DNA from: a virus | Taxonomy: Duplodnaviria > Heunggongvirae > Uroviricota > Caudoviricetes | IMG/VR virus record: IMGVR_UViG_3300013126_000013 | Length of the DNA: 52,341 nucleotides | Direction: 5' to 3' (one strand) | In this document: in pieces, positions 33,178-41,194 of the stretch | Layout of the letters: each line of letters starts with the position of its first letter | Numbering within the stretch: the first letter of the stretch is position 1 | Translations under genes and position numbers: made by a program | Notes under the pieces: model-generated | The model's database searches: none | Told to the model about the DNA's origin: nothing | The model's input: only the letters and a program-made list of their open reading frames with translations

Positions 33178-34180
33178 TCTTAAATTTTCTCGCTATAGCT
33201 AAGGCCGAGTTGACCGCTTGATGCATATCGAGATAAGCATAGAGGCCACAACGACCAATAAAGGTCGTATTGCTCGGAGTCATGGATTTGTACTTCTCAT
33301 ACAACTCTCGGTTCTTACCATCACGGTCTTTCACTGGATAGAACCGTTCGCGGTTGTTATCACGGTAATCGCATGGCTCTTCGTAAGTCAGAGTTGTGCA
33401 ATATTTATTGTCTCCGTGATGAGGCAGTTTCTTCCATTCAGTCACGCGAGTATATGAACCATCATTCGTGAAGTTGACGGTTGCAGTCGGCAAAACATGA
33501 GGGTTCGGCAGTGTCGTGGTATGAAACTTAATCGAACGATACGGAAGTTCACCATGAACGAAGTCAAAGTATTCATCAATCGGCATAGAGTTAAAAATAT
33601 GATCAAATAGATGGTCATAGTCTTTTGAATATTCGGTGTTAAGCTTAACAATGATGTTTGGGTGATCTAGTATGCTTGCAACCATCTCAGTGTAGCCATC
33701 TTTCGGCATAGCCTGATACTGATCATCGGGAAAGTACAGCTCGTTCATGTCATTACGAATCGGTACGCGATTGATGATGTCAGGATTCAGCTCGTCAAGT
33801 TCCATTCCCCACATCTTCTTAGTGTAAGGACGGAAGAAGATGTCAAGAACATTCTCTTCACCTACGATCTCTTTAGTTTCCTTATTCACTGGAAGCGTAA
33901 CGTATCGGCCATCGTCAAGTTGAGCCTTTACTTTATGTTTGTACTCTACCCACTCTGTAAAGCGGCTTAGATAATCAAACACTTCTTTGTTGTTTGTATG
34001 GAACAAGTGAGGACCGTATTCATGAACACGAATGCCATGAATGTTGGTGTAGTCATACGCGTTACCTGCAATATGACTACGCTTATCGAACACCCAGACT
34101 TTGTATTGCTCAGTTTCTGCAAGCTCACGAGCAATAGTGGCGCCGGACAAGCCAGCGCCAACTACGAGAATCTGTTTCAT
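33170..34180 (-). CDS. glf: UDP-galactopyranose mutase
   Basis: VVGAGLSG (FAD), HIAGNAYD, HEYGPHLFHT, YTKKMWG, RVPIR, YF.D.YQAMP..GY, LPYRS, TRVTEWK, FYPV, GRCG.YAYLDMHQ. Confidence 0.96.
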   Translation of the reverse strand: MKQILVVGAGLSGATIARELAETEQYKVWVFDKRSHIAGNAYDYTNIHGIRVHEYGPHLFHTNNKEVFDYLSRFTEWVEYKHKVKAQLDDGRYVTLPVNKETKEIVGEENVLDIFFRPYTKKMWGMELDELNPDIINRVPIRNDMNELYFPDDQYQAMPKDGYTEMVASILDHPNIIVKLNTEYSKDYDHLFDHIFNSMPIDEYFDFVHGELPYRSIKFHTTTLPNPHVLPTATVNFTNDGSYTRVTEWKKLPHHGDNKYCTTLTYEEPCDYRDNNRERFYPVKDRDGKNRELYEKYKSMTPSNTTFIGRCGLYAYLDMHQAVNSALAIARKFKNE

Positions 34181-35280
34181 GCTTCAAGGATCTTTCTCAG
34201 TTCTTCACGCTGAACTGCTTTATCAAGAGGATGGTTAGCATACAGTGCTTCTTTCTGAGCAGCGGCTGTAGCTTTCAGCTGAGTAACATCCATCGCTTCG
34301 ATATCAAGAACACGTAGACCGGCAATGGCTTCATCTTTATAATACACCATCATCTCTGGCTTGTCACCAATAATGATTGATCCAGCATCAGCAACCTGCA
34401 GAGGTCGAGCTCGCCACCAGCCAGAACCGGCATGGAAGTAACCTGGCATCAGACAACCCCATTGCTGTTCGAACACTTTCACCATCTCAGGTTCGGTCTT
34501 ACGCTCAGACTTGTACTTACCACGCTTTGCACCGAAGTACTCGATTTCCCATTGCCACTTCTCAGGGTTCTGTAGCTTCAGCCACTTACGAGTCTTCTCT
34601 TGAACAAGAGAAGCAAAGTTCCAGCGGAACAGTTTCTCTGGCTCTTCATTGAAGAACGAATCAAGCGTCGAAGTAACTACACCGGTGCCGTATCCGTTGT
34701 CAGCACGACGGTTCAAGTGATAAGGGTTCGGGTTGAACACATGAACCTTTGATTCTTCCCATCCAAGGTTCAGCAGAGAGATGTTTCCACCAGCAAAAGC
34801 ACTGACCAACAGTCGGTTCTGTTTCGACACGATGATTTTGCATGCATCAATATATGACTGATGATACTTCTTTACAGTCTCACGATCTTCTTTGCCTGCC
34901 CACAGATCGAACAGATAGTCACGATAGACTGAGTCGTCGCCGGCTACAAGGTCGTCGTGATACGTCTGGATAGCGCCATAAATCTGATTAAATTGCCAGT
35001 CATCAAATGCAATAATGCAATTCGGACGTGCGGCAACAGCATATAAACCGGACCAAATATGTTGGCAAAACGCTTGAATGCTGTGGATGTAAACGATTAC
35101 TTCATCATACGAGGATAGATCTTCACCAAGAGCAACTTCGCGTTGCTCGACTTCGTATCCCATATCTTCAAGGCAACGAATAACCGAATAATGGGATGGA
35201 ACAACTTGTAGTTGCTGCTTCAGATAGAAGTCTTTATTGCACTGCAACCGGTTCATACCGGTAATCAGAATCTTTTTCAT
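34177..35280 (-). CDS. GT-B DNA glycosyltransferase, distant T4 beta-glucosyltransferase-like
   Basis: Segments parallel to recalled T4 BGT: VPSHYSVIRCLEDMGYEV, YDEVIVYIHSIQAF, IEYFGAKR, WRARPLQVADAGSIII; internal STLDSFF clamp-like peptide. Confidence 0.7.
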   Translation of the reverse strand: MKKILITGMNRLQCNKDFYLKQQLQVVPSHYSVIRCLEDMGYEVEQREVALGEDLSSYDEVIVYIHSIQAFCQHIWSGLYAVAARPNCIIAFDDWQFNQIYGAIQTYHDDLVAGDDSVYRDYLFDLWAGKEDRETVKKYHQSYIDACKIIVSKQNRLLVSAFAGGNISLLNLGWEESKVHVFNPNPYHLNRRADNGYGTGVVTSTLDSFFNEEPEKLFRWNFASLVQEKTRKWLKLQNPEKWQWEIEYFGAKRGKYKSERKTEPEMVKVFEQQWGCLMPGYFHAGSGWWRARPLQVADAGSIIIGDKPEMMVYYKDEAIAGLRVLDIEAMDVTQLKATAAAQKEALYANHPLDKAVQREELRKILEA

Positions 35281-36137
35281 TTCAACTCCATAGTGTACGC
35301 CGAACGGCACATATCTTTCAAATCATGATCAATCTTAACATACTTTGATACAGTGTCAACAAGAAGTTTCGCTGGATCTCCAGAACGTCGAGGACCGAAC
35401 TCTACAGGAAAGTCGATACCAGTGACTTCCTTCATTGTATTTATGACCTCAAGATTTGAATATCCACGGCCAGAACCGATGCATTCGTATTTTGAATTTG
35501 CAGCGAGAGGAACACTTCTTACAATCGCTTCAGCAAGATCAATAACATGTACATAATCACGAACACACGTACCATCGTGTGTATCATAATCATTTCCAAA
35601 GATTACCATCTTGTCTCTCTTGCCAGCTGCAGCTTCTGCAGCAATTCGAATGATGTGGCTCGCTGGATATGGTTGGCCGAGCTCTCCGTCATTGCCCGCA
35701 ACGTTAAAAAACCGAAAGATAGAATATTCGGGCGCGATCTGTCGTACTGCTTCTTCGGCAATGATCTTCGACTTAGCGTAGGGTGAAATAGGATCGAACG
35801 CGCCGCCGGTCGAAGCAAAGATAAAATGATTGTACTTGAGACTCTGAAGAAGCTTAAGTGTACCATTCGTATTTACATCATAGTAAGACTCAGGCATTCT
35901 CATCGACTCTTCGACCGAAATAAGCGCAGCACAGTGAATTACAGCGTCATAATGATCAGTAATGTGAATATGTTCAGTGATATCTCCGTGGTGAATCGCA
36001 TTCACCATATGCTGAATCATTCCAGTATTCGGAGTAATGCGCTGATCGAGAGTATCGATAGTATAACCCTTACTATGAAGAGCTTTTACGATATGTGATC
36101 CAATATATCCACTTGCGCCAGTTACAAGTACTTTCAT
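35277..36137 (-). CDS. galE: UDP-glucose 4-epimerase (extended SDR)
   Basis: VTGASGYIGSH, VIHCAALISV.ES, FAST, PYAKSK, RFFNVAG, DGTCVRDYVHV.DLA. Confidence 0.92.
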   Translation of the reverse strand: MKVLVTGASGYIGSHIVKALHSKGYTIDTLDQRITPNTGMIQHMVNAIHHGDITEHIHITDHYDAVIHCAALISVEESMRMPESYYDVNTNGTLKLLQSLKYNHFIFASTGGAFDPISPYAKSKIIAEEAVRQIAPEYSIFRFFNVAGNDGELGQPYPASHIIRIAAEAAAGKRDKMVIFGNDYDTHDGTCVRDYVHVIDLAEAIVRSVPLAANSKYECIGSGRGYSNLEVINTMKEVTGIDFPVEFGPRRSGDPAKLLVDTVSKYVKIDHDLKDMCRSAYTMELK

Positions 36138-36138
36138 G

Positions 36139-36504
36139 TTATTCTCCAATAAATGCTTTACACTTCATCAAACATTCGTGTTCAAATACGTTGTCATTCA
36201 ACTGTCGGTTCAGAGGCGACGGATGGGGAAGTGTAAAGTGGTTGATGTGTGCTCTATTTAGTGATTTTGAAACAAAGGGGCCTAGAGCAATAATCTTATT
36301 AGCGTCTGACGTGAACGATATCAGTGTTTCAAAATCAACAAGATCTTGTGCGTACTTTCCAGCTGTATGGATCACGTTTGTAAACGAATAGTGTTTCACA
36401 TGAAGAAAGTCCATCCAGCGGTTAAGTCGCTGGATGGTTGCGCTGGTCTTGTTCGGTTTACCACTCGAGGGATTAATGCCCAGGATCAAAATCGATGAAG
36501 TCAA
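36139..36504 (-). CDS. Minimal uracil-DNA-glycosylase-superfamily protein
   Basis: LILGINPS (motif A-like), IIALG, LPHPSPLN (motif B-like). Confidence 0.7.
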   Translation of the reverse strand: MTSSILILGINPSSGKPNKTSATIQRLNRWMDFLHVKHYSFTNVIHTAGKYAQDLVDFETLISFTSDANKIIALGPFVSKSLNRAHINHFTLPHPSPLNRQLNDNVFEHECLMKCKAFIGE

Positions 36505-36925
36505 AATCTACTCCGGCTTCTGTAAAGAAAGATTCGCTTTGCATCCATGAATCAAGCCACTTACCGTCGATTTTTTGGTTTGGCATAACTACTCGGCGAA
36601 TGCCAACTTGAATAATACCTTTGGCACACTCAAAGCAAGTTGGAAGACCGTACACATACAACGTAGCACCATCAAGAGATACACCATTGTATGTAGCGTT
36701 ATAGATAGCATTCATCTCAGCATGAACTACATAACGGTACTTCGTCTCTCTATCGTTCAGGCGAGTAGGATCGTCTTTCAGACCACGAGGGAATCCGTTG
36801 AATCCTTGAGACAAGACCTGCCCCTTAGATCCAACGGTGACTGCACCGATCTTACTCGATGGATCTTTCGACCATTGAGCGATCTGATAAGCGAGTTTAA
36901 GATAACGGTGATCCCACTTGTTCAT
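36473..36925 (-). CDS. cd: dCMP deaminase
   Basis: SKDPS..IGAV, GFNGFPRG, VHAEMNAI, LPTCFECAK.IIQ.GI. Confidence 0.95.
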   Translation of the reverse strand: MNKWDHRYLKLAYQIAQWSKDPSSKIGAVTVGSKGQVLSQGFNGFPRGLKDDPTRLNDRETKYRYVVHAEMNAIYNATYNGVSLDGATLYVYGLPTCFECAKGIIQVGIRRVVMPNQKIDGKWLDSWMQSESFFTEAGVDFDFIDFDPGH

Positions 36926-37593
36926 TCAACTAATCCAAAGTGTCTTTCGTAGATGTGAAGGCTGCCAGCGGCCCAGATGATGTCACCTGGAGCATAACCA
37001 GTATCTTGAGCAACTTTATTCAACACATGTTCTTGCCATGCACGATCATTCTTGTAGCCAAAGATGGCGTCATTTGATCGCATCTGAACAATGGCATGAA
37101 CCTTGTCGTTGCGAACAAGATACTGTACAGAGTTCGTGCACATGAAGTCAGAGCGACCATTCTTATTGTAATCATACCACATTTGTGGCCGAGTGTAAAT
37201 CATAATTGCACGACGTGAGTCACGATTTTTCTTCAACTCAGCAACACAGTGTTCGTATTGATCACAATTGTCTTTGTGCCAGATTGCCCAGCCATAATTC
37301 GAATTGATCAGGCCGTCAGGATCGGCAACAGACATCCAGATCTGAGGAGGATTCGTTTCCTGTTTTACGCCGCCGGGAATGTCATTCACGTTAAGCGACA
37401 TAGACTTATACCACTCGAGCTCACGCTCGACGTAATCCCAGTTCACTTGACCAAAGATAGCGTCTTCGTCTGCAATGAAACTGGTGCCAATGAGTTCGAT
37501 CGTCTTCACACCGGTCTTATCAGTGACAAAGTCTCGTTTGTGTAGCTTGTCACGAAGCGCGATACGGATGTCTTGTACTCTATACTGTTTCAT
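36922..37593 (-). CDS. 42: dCMP hydroxymethylase (T4 gp42-like)
   Basis: DKTGVKTIE, RELEWYKS, INSNYGWAIW, DSRRAIMIYTRP, SDFMCTN (catalytic Cys), MRSND, GYKND (Asp for dCMP), GSLHIYERHF; closely follows the recalled T4 gp42 sequence. Confidence 0.93.
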   Translation of the reverse strand: MKQYRVQDIRIALRDKLHKRDFVTDKTGVKTIELIGTSFIADEDAIFGQVNWDYVERELEWYKSMSLNVNDIPGGVKQETNPPQIWMSVADPDGLINSNYGWAIWHKDNCDQYEHCVAELKKNRDSRRAIMIYTRPQMWYDYNKNGRSDFMCTNSVQYLVRNDKVHAIVQMRSNDAIFGYKNDRAWQEHVLNKVAQDTGYAPGDIIWAAGSLHIYERHFGLVE

Positions 37594-38141
37594 GTTCTTA
37601 CTCCGTTAAGAAACCGAGTCACGGTGTCATAAGTATTCTTGAACCCACCGTTCTCAGTGATATTGATGTGAAGTTTATTTGGAATGATCGATCGTTTAAA
37701 TGCTTCTTCGAAAGACTGACGTGTTTCATCAAACTCTGAAGCAGATGATTCGAGTGACTCATCGTCGTCGCGTTCAAGAATAGCCGAAGTATGATCAGTC
37801 AGAAGCACAAGAGCGATCTCATCGTTCGGATAGATGTACATGTTTTCGATTGCATAAATGTCTTCGGGATCTGCGTTGCGATACTTCTTACCATAGACGA
37901 TAGCACCGAGGTGGAAGCGATCATAGATTACGTCAAATTCATGAGCATAGTTCAGCATGTAGCTCGCATCAAATAGTGACTTGTAGTGATGCACTTCCCA
38001 CTCGTTGGGGTTCTCTACCTTAGGCGGAGAAGACGAGTGGTGTACAAGCACTCGGGTGTTATTCAGAAAATATCGCTTACGCAGTTGTTCGACGAGTGTC
38101 GACTTACCGCAACGATCCATGCCTTCGATGATTAGAATCAT
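37590..38141 (-). CDS. dNMP (thymidylate-kinase-like) kinase, probable hm-dCMP kinase
   Basis: IIEGMDRCGKST, IYDRFHLG..VYG; translationally coupled to gene 42. Confidence 0.85.
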   Translation of the reverse strand: MILIIEGMDRCGKSTLVEQLRKRYFLNNTRVLVHHSSSPPKVENPNEWEVHHYKSLFDASYMLNYAHEFDVIYDRFHLGAIVYGKKYRNADPEDIYAIENMYIYPNDEIALVLLTDHTSAILERDDDESLESSASEFDETRQSFEEAFKRSIIPNKLHINITENGGFKNTYDTVTRFLNGVRT

Positions 38142-38899
38142 GTAAACCTCGGAACAGTTGAAATTTCTTTCGAGTACTTCAGCAACAAAGAAGACTCTTC
38201 ATCTCCTAGTATAAACTGAAATAGGCAATTTGTCAACGGATATTCTCGAAGTGTCTTACCTTCGTGTTTAATCGTGTTGAACACAGAAGTATCGTAGTAG
38301 AGATAAGCAGTTGCGTTCTCGCCATCTTTCTCAGGTACTTTCACGAAGTACAAAAGATCTACGCCGTCGAGCTTATTCCACTGAGACGGTTTGATCCAAA
38401 ACGCCTTTTTCATCTGAATCAAGCGTTGTGTCTTAACTTCGAATGTGATGTGGTCGTTGATGAGTCCGTCTTTTTTGTGGTCATACCGATTTTCGCTGAG
38501 TAGACCATTGGTGAAGCGTGCCACAGCGTTTTCACCAATATCTCCCATCAGTTTTTTGTAATCGATTTCAGGCTCAACATACTGTTCAACGTGTGTGATC
38601 GGGTTAGATAGCGGAATCGTTCCCTTGCGAGTCACTTGGAATCGTTCGTCATACAGCTTGAGCGCGCCGGACTTATACAAAGCCCACGTCGGTAGCCAAA
38701 CCTCAGAATACTTTGTGTATTGCTCGTACACGAATGGGTTTGTCATGACTACGTCGTATGGTTCAAATATAGCAACGAGCTTGCTACCATCCTTGATAAC
38801 AAGCTTCTCGCCGCTTTTTGCCCAAGCCTTAGCTTTGTCTTTGTAGTGATAGAAGATGTTTGTGATCTCAGTAAGCTTTGGTGGAAGTTGTAGTTCCAT
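38138..38899 (-). CDS. Two-domain protein with a C-terminal PD-(D/E)xK nuclease-like domain
   Basis: MGDIGE.AV helix, then KD...and FEVKT. Confidence 0.55.
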   Translation of the reverse strand: MELQLPPKLTEITNIFYHYKDKAKAWAKSGEKLVIKDGSKLVAIFEPYDVVMTNPFVYEQYTKYSEVWLPTWALYKSGALKLYDERFQVTRKGTIPLSNPITHVEQYVEPEIDYKKLMGDIGENAVARFTNGLLSENRYDHKKDGLINDHITFEVKTQRLIQMKKAFWIKPSQWNKLDGVDLLYFVKVPEKDGENATAYLYYDTSVFNTIKHEGKTLREYPLTNCLFQFILGDEESSLLLKYSKEISTVPRFT

Positions 38900-38901
38900 G
38901 T

Positions 38902-39150
38902 TCAAATTCCGTTATAATGTTGTTTCCAAGAAGAGTTAATTACACCATAGCCAGTGCCAGACATGTAAGTATACCACATAATACGCGTAACTTCTTTTGC
39001 GGTTCGCGCCTTCGTGATGTCATACACCAAGCGGTTCATTGGAGCCGGTTTTGTCTTACTGGCTTTGACAATGCCAATAGAAACTGATTGAGCCTCTTTA
39101 AGAGAAAGCTTTTCAAGGTCACGCAGGATGTCAAGATCAAAGGTTGCCAT
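38902..39150 (-). CDS. Hypothetical early protein
   Basis: Open frame in the early operon. Confidence 0.65.
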   Translation of the reverse strand: MATFDLDILRDLEKLSLKEAQSVSIGIVKASKTKPAPMNRLVYDITKARTAKEVTRIMWYTYMSGTGYGVINSSWKQHYNGI

Positions 39151-39152
39151 GA

Positions 39153-39386
39153 TTAGTTCCGTTCGTAAATGTAGACGTCAGCGGTTTTTGCAAGAGGAAG
39201 CGGAAGCGACTGATTGTAACGACGGTTGCCGAGACGAGGGCCACGACCCTGCAGCTTCACGTACTTTTTCGAACCAGTGTACTTGTTCTCAAGACGAACG
39301 AGCATCTTCACGAGGTTCAGAACTTCGTCGTTGGCTTTGCCATTTTCGAGTTCGACGGTCATAACGTAGTTGGAAGTGCGGGTCAT
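39153..39386 (-). CDS. Hypothetical early protein
   Basis: YVKLQGRGPR...QSLPLPLA..ADVY.Y.R; first gene after the promoter. Confidence 0.65.
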   Translation of the reverse strand: MTRTSNYVMTVELENGKANDEVLNLVKMLVRLENKYTGSKKYVKLQGRGPRLGNRRYNQSLPLPLAKTADVYIYERN

Positions 39387-39415
39387 AATGTTCTCTTTCT
39401 GTTGGTTACCAGATA

Positions 39416-39444
39416 GATATAAGTTAAGAGGGGAAGAATGTCAA
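39416..39444 (-). promoter_or_regulatory. sigma70-type early promoter; -35 sits inside an inverted repeat
   Basis: TTGACA-N17-TATATC; arms AAGAGGGG (39426-33) and CCCCTCTT (39445-52). Confidence 0.7.
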
Positions 39445-39460
39445 CCCCTCTTTTCACAAA

Positions 39461-39823
39461 TTAAGCAGCGAACCGCATTTTCGCCATACGCTCGTCGCAC
39501 TTGTAACGCTTACCGTCAGCAGCGTTGGTATAGACGAAGGGCATCTTGTGAGCGCGAGTGTTGTAGTCGACGAGCTCGTCGCCGAATTTGTTTTTGATCT
39601 TCAAGCCGAGAGCAGCGACGCGAGACTCGAGGATCACATTCGTGAAAGTCTTGGCACCGGTAACTTTCGCTTTCACTTTGATTTCGACTTCAGCTTCGCT
39701 GAACTTCATGTTACCGACTTCGAACTCGAGGTTAGAGTCGATACCGTACTTGCTCAAGAGAGCGCTCATTTCAGCGCGAAGGGCGGTGAGATTCTTACGG
39801 TCAAATTTGGAGAACTTCGTCAT
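39461..39823 (-). CDS. Hypothetical early protein
   Basis: Strong RBS (GAAGG) and promoter upstream; codon usage skewed toward C-ending codons. Confidence 0.7.
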   Translation of the reverse strand: MTKFSKFDRKNLTALRAEMSALLSKYGIDSNLEFEVGNMKFSEAEVEIKVKAKVTGAKTFTNVILESRVAALGLKIKNKFGDELVDYNTRAHKMPFVYTNAADGKRYKCDERMAKMRFAA

Positions 39824-39857
39824 TTTCGTTACCTTCTCTGTTTTGCCTTACTATATG

Positions 39858-39886
39858 TATATAGTACATCGCTCAGCCAATGTCAA
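39858..39886 (-). promoter_or_regulatory. sigma70-type early promoter; -35 in the loop of a 10-bp inverted repeat
   Basis: TTGACA-N17-TATATA; arms CGCTCAGCCA (39870-79) and TGGCTGAGCG (39888-97). Confidence 0.75.
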
Positions 39887-39900
39887 CTGGCTGAGCGCAC

Positions 39901-39934
39901 TTTTTTCACATTTTTTCACATTTTTTCACATTTT
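39901..39934. repeat. Tandem decamer repeat (TTTTTTCACA)x3, UP-element-like
   Basis: Read directly from the sequence; phased A-tracts at 10-bp spacing upstream of the promoter. Confidence 0.9.
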
Positions 39935-40258
39935 GTCGTAAGGTTGCGGCCAAAGATTTGTGGGAGTGTAATTGCAGTTATAAGGTATGGGTTCCAAAGA
40001 TTGTTTGAAAGATTTTTTGATTTTTCCGGTAGGAGTCCAAATGTCGTGAGGGAATGCGATGACAGAATATTTGTATTTTCCGTCGATAGTATATTCCGCG
40101 ATGACTAAATTTCCGTTAATCTCAGCCGTTTGGGGGTCGATGGATGTGATGTAGTCAAGAATTTGTTGAGATGTGAAAGGAGTTTTGTCAGTGTCGAGTT
40201 GGGGGTTATAGGGGTTGTCAATGAAAAAACGATTGGTAGGAGTGTAGGTATAGTACAT
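39926..40258 (-). CDS. Hypothetical early protein
   Basis: AAAGGAAA RBS and promoter upstream. Confidence 0.6.
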   Translation of the reverse strand: MYYTYTPTNRFFIDNPYNPQLDTDKTPFTSQQILDYITSIDPQTAEINGNLVIAEYTIDGKYKYSVIAFPHDIWTPTGKIKKSFKQSLEPIPYNCNYTPTNLWPQPYDKM

Positions 40259-40285
40259 GTGATTTCCTTTTCACGTTAGAGTATA

Positions 40286-40314
40286 CCTATAAACTACGCT
40301 TCTCTAAATGTCAA
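40286..40314 (-). promoter_or_regulatory. sigma70-type promoter
   Basis: TTGACA-N17-TATAGG. Confidence 0.6.
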
Positions 40315-40332
40315 CCCCTAAAATGTGTTATT

Positions 40333-40749
40333 TTACAATTTTCCCATGATCGAGTGATTGTCTTCATGAGAAGGAGCAGTCCACCCTTCAGGCTTGATCA
40401 GATCTGGTAGACCAAGAGGGTTAGGGCGAGAAGGCTTCACACCAGGTTCCTTACTCATATTGGCCGCATGAACCGCATCCCATGCTTTATGAGCATCCAC
40501 ACCAAAGGCATCAAGTGTACCGATAGCAACAACACAGAGATCGATGAGACCATCTACGATCTCTTCGGCGTCGTATGTATTAAATGCCTTTTCAGTTTCT
40601 GTTAGTTCTTCTTTGAGAAAATCGATACGAAACTGCATGAACTTACGAAGAGACTCGATGTCGCCTTCAGCAACCTTTTGACCTACCCACTTATGAACGC
40701 CAAACTTAGCATGCATATCGTTGATGTCTTGAACCCAGTTAGTCGACAT
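40333..40749 (-). CDS. MazG/PRA-PH-like NTP pyrophosphohydrolase (dCTPase/dUTPase candidate)
   Basis: FLKEEL.E.......EEIVDGLIDL.VV.IG, V..ANMSK, DLIKPEGW..P. Confidence 0.85.
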   Translation of the reverse strand: MSTNWVQDINDMHAKFGVHKWVGQKVAEGDIESLRKFMQFRIDFLKEELTETEKAFNTYDAEEIVDGLIDLCVVAIGTLDAFGVDAHKAWDAVHAANMSKEPGVKPSRPNPLGLPDLIKPEGWTAPSHEDNHSIMGKL

Positions 40750-41194
40750 TCTTTAATTTCTCCATATCATAAATTCGTTTGCGCAGACCCGAGCTGCTGA
40801 AGCGGTGGTCTCGCTTATTGAAGTACAAATCGATGCCACGAGCTTGACACACATCCTTACCCGTGAAGTCTTTGTCTTTATACTCGTCACCAAGTATCCT
40901 TACATTTATATCATACATCTGAAGAATGTCAACAAGATCTTGCTCGGTCACATAACATACGATCTCATCGACATACTTTACTGCAGACAGTTGAACGTAC
41001 CGTTCTACGAGTGTTTGTACCGGTTTATTCTTTTCTTTACGATCGATAGAAGGATCTACCTGTAGAGCAGCAATCAGATACGTGCAATGCTCCTTTGCTT
41101 CTCGTAGCATCGAGATGTGACCAGCATGAAGAAGGTCAAACGTTGATGCAGTAAATCCTACGATCTTTTCAGATGGTGCCATGTCTCTCTCCAA
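40739..41194 (-). CDS. HIGH-family cytidylyltransferase (TagD/RfaE-II-like)
   Basis: STFDLLHAGHISMLREAK, LI.ALQ.D, ER...L.AVKYVDE, G.EY, FSSS.LR.RI. Confidence 0.88.
   Translation of the reverse strand: MERDMAPSEKIVGFTASTFDLLHAGHISMLREAKEHCTYLIAALQVDPSIDRKEKNKPVQTLVERYVQLSAVKYVDEIVCYVTEQDLVDILQMYDINVRILGDEYKDKDFTGKDVCQARGIDLYFNKRDHRFSSSGLRKRIYDMEKLKNVD

Noticed and set aside
36922-37593. Reading the second thymidylate-synthase homolog as a dUMP hydroxymethylase (hmU pathway)
   Set aside because: It has Asp (GYKND) at the specificity position and follows T4 gp42 closely; no hmU-DNA kinase or aGPT-type gene is recognisable nearby.
39901-39934. Possible CRISPR-like or DGR repeat
   Set aside because: Only a 10-nt tandem unit without spacers; no cas or reverse transcriptase gene in the window.
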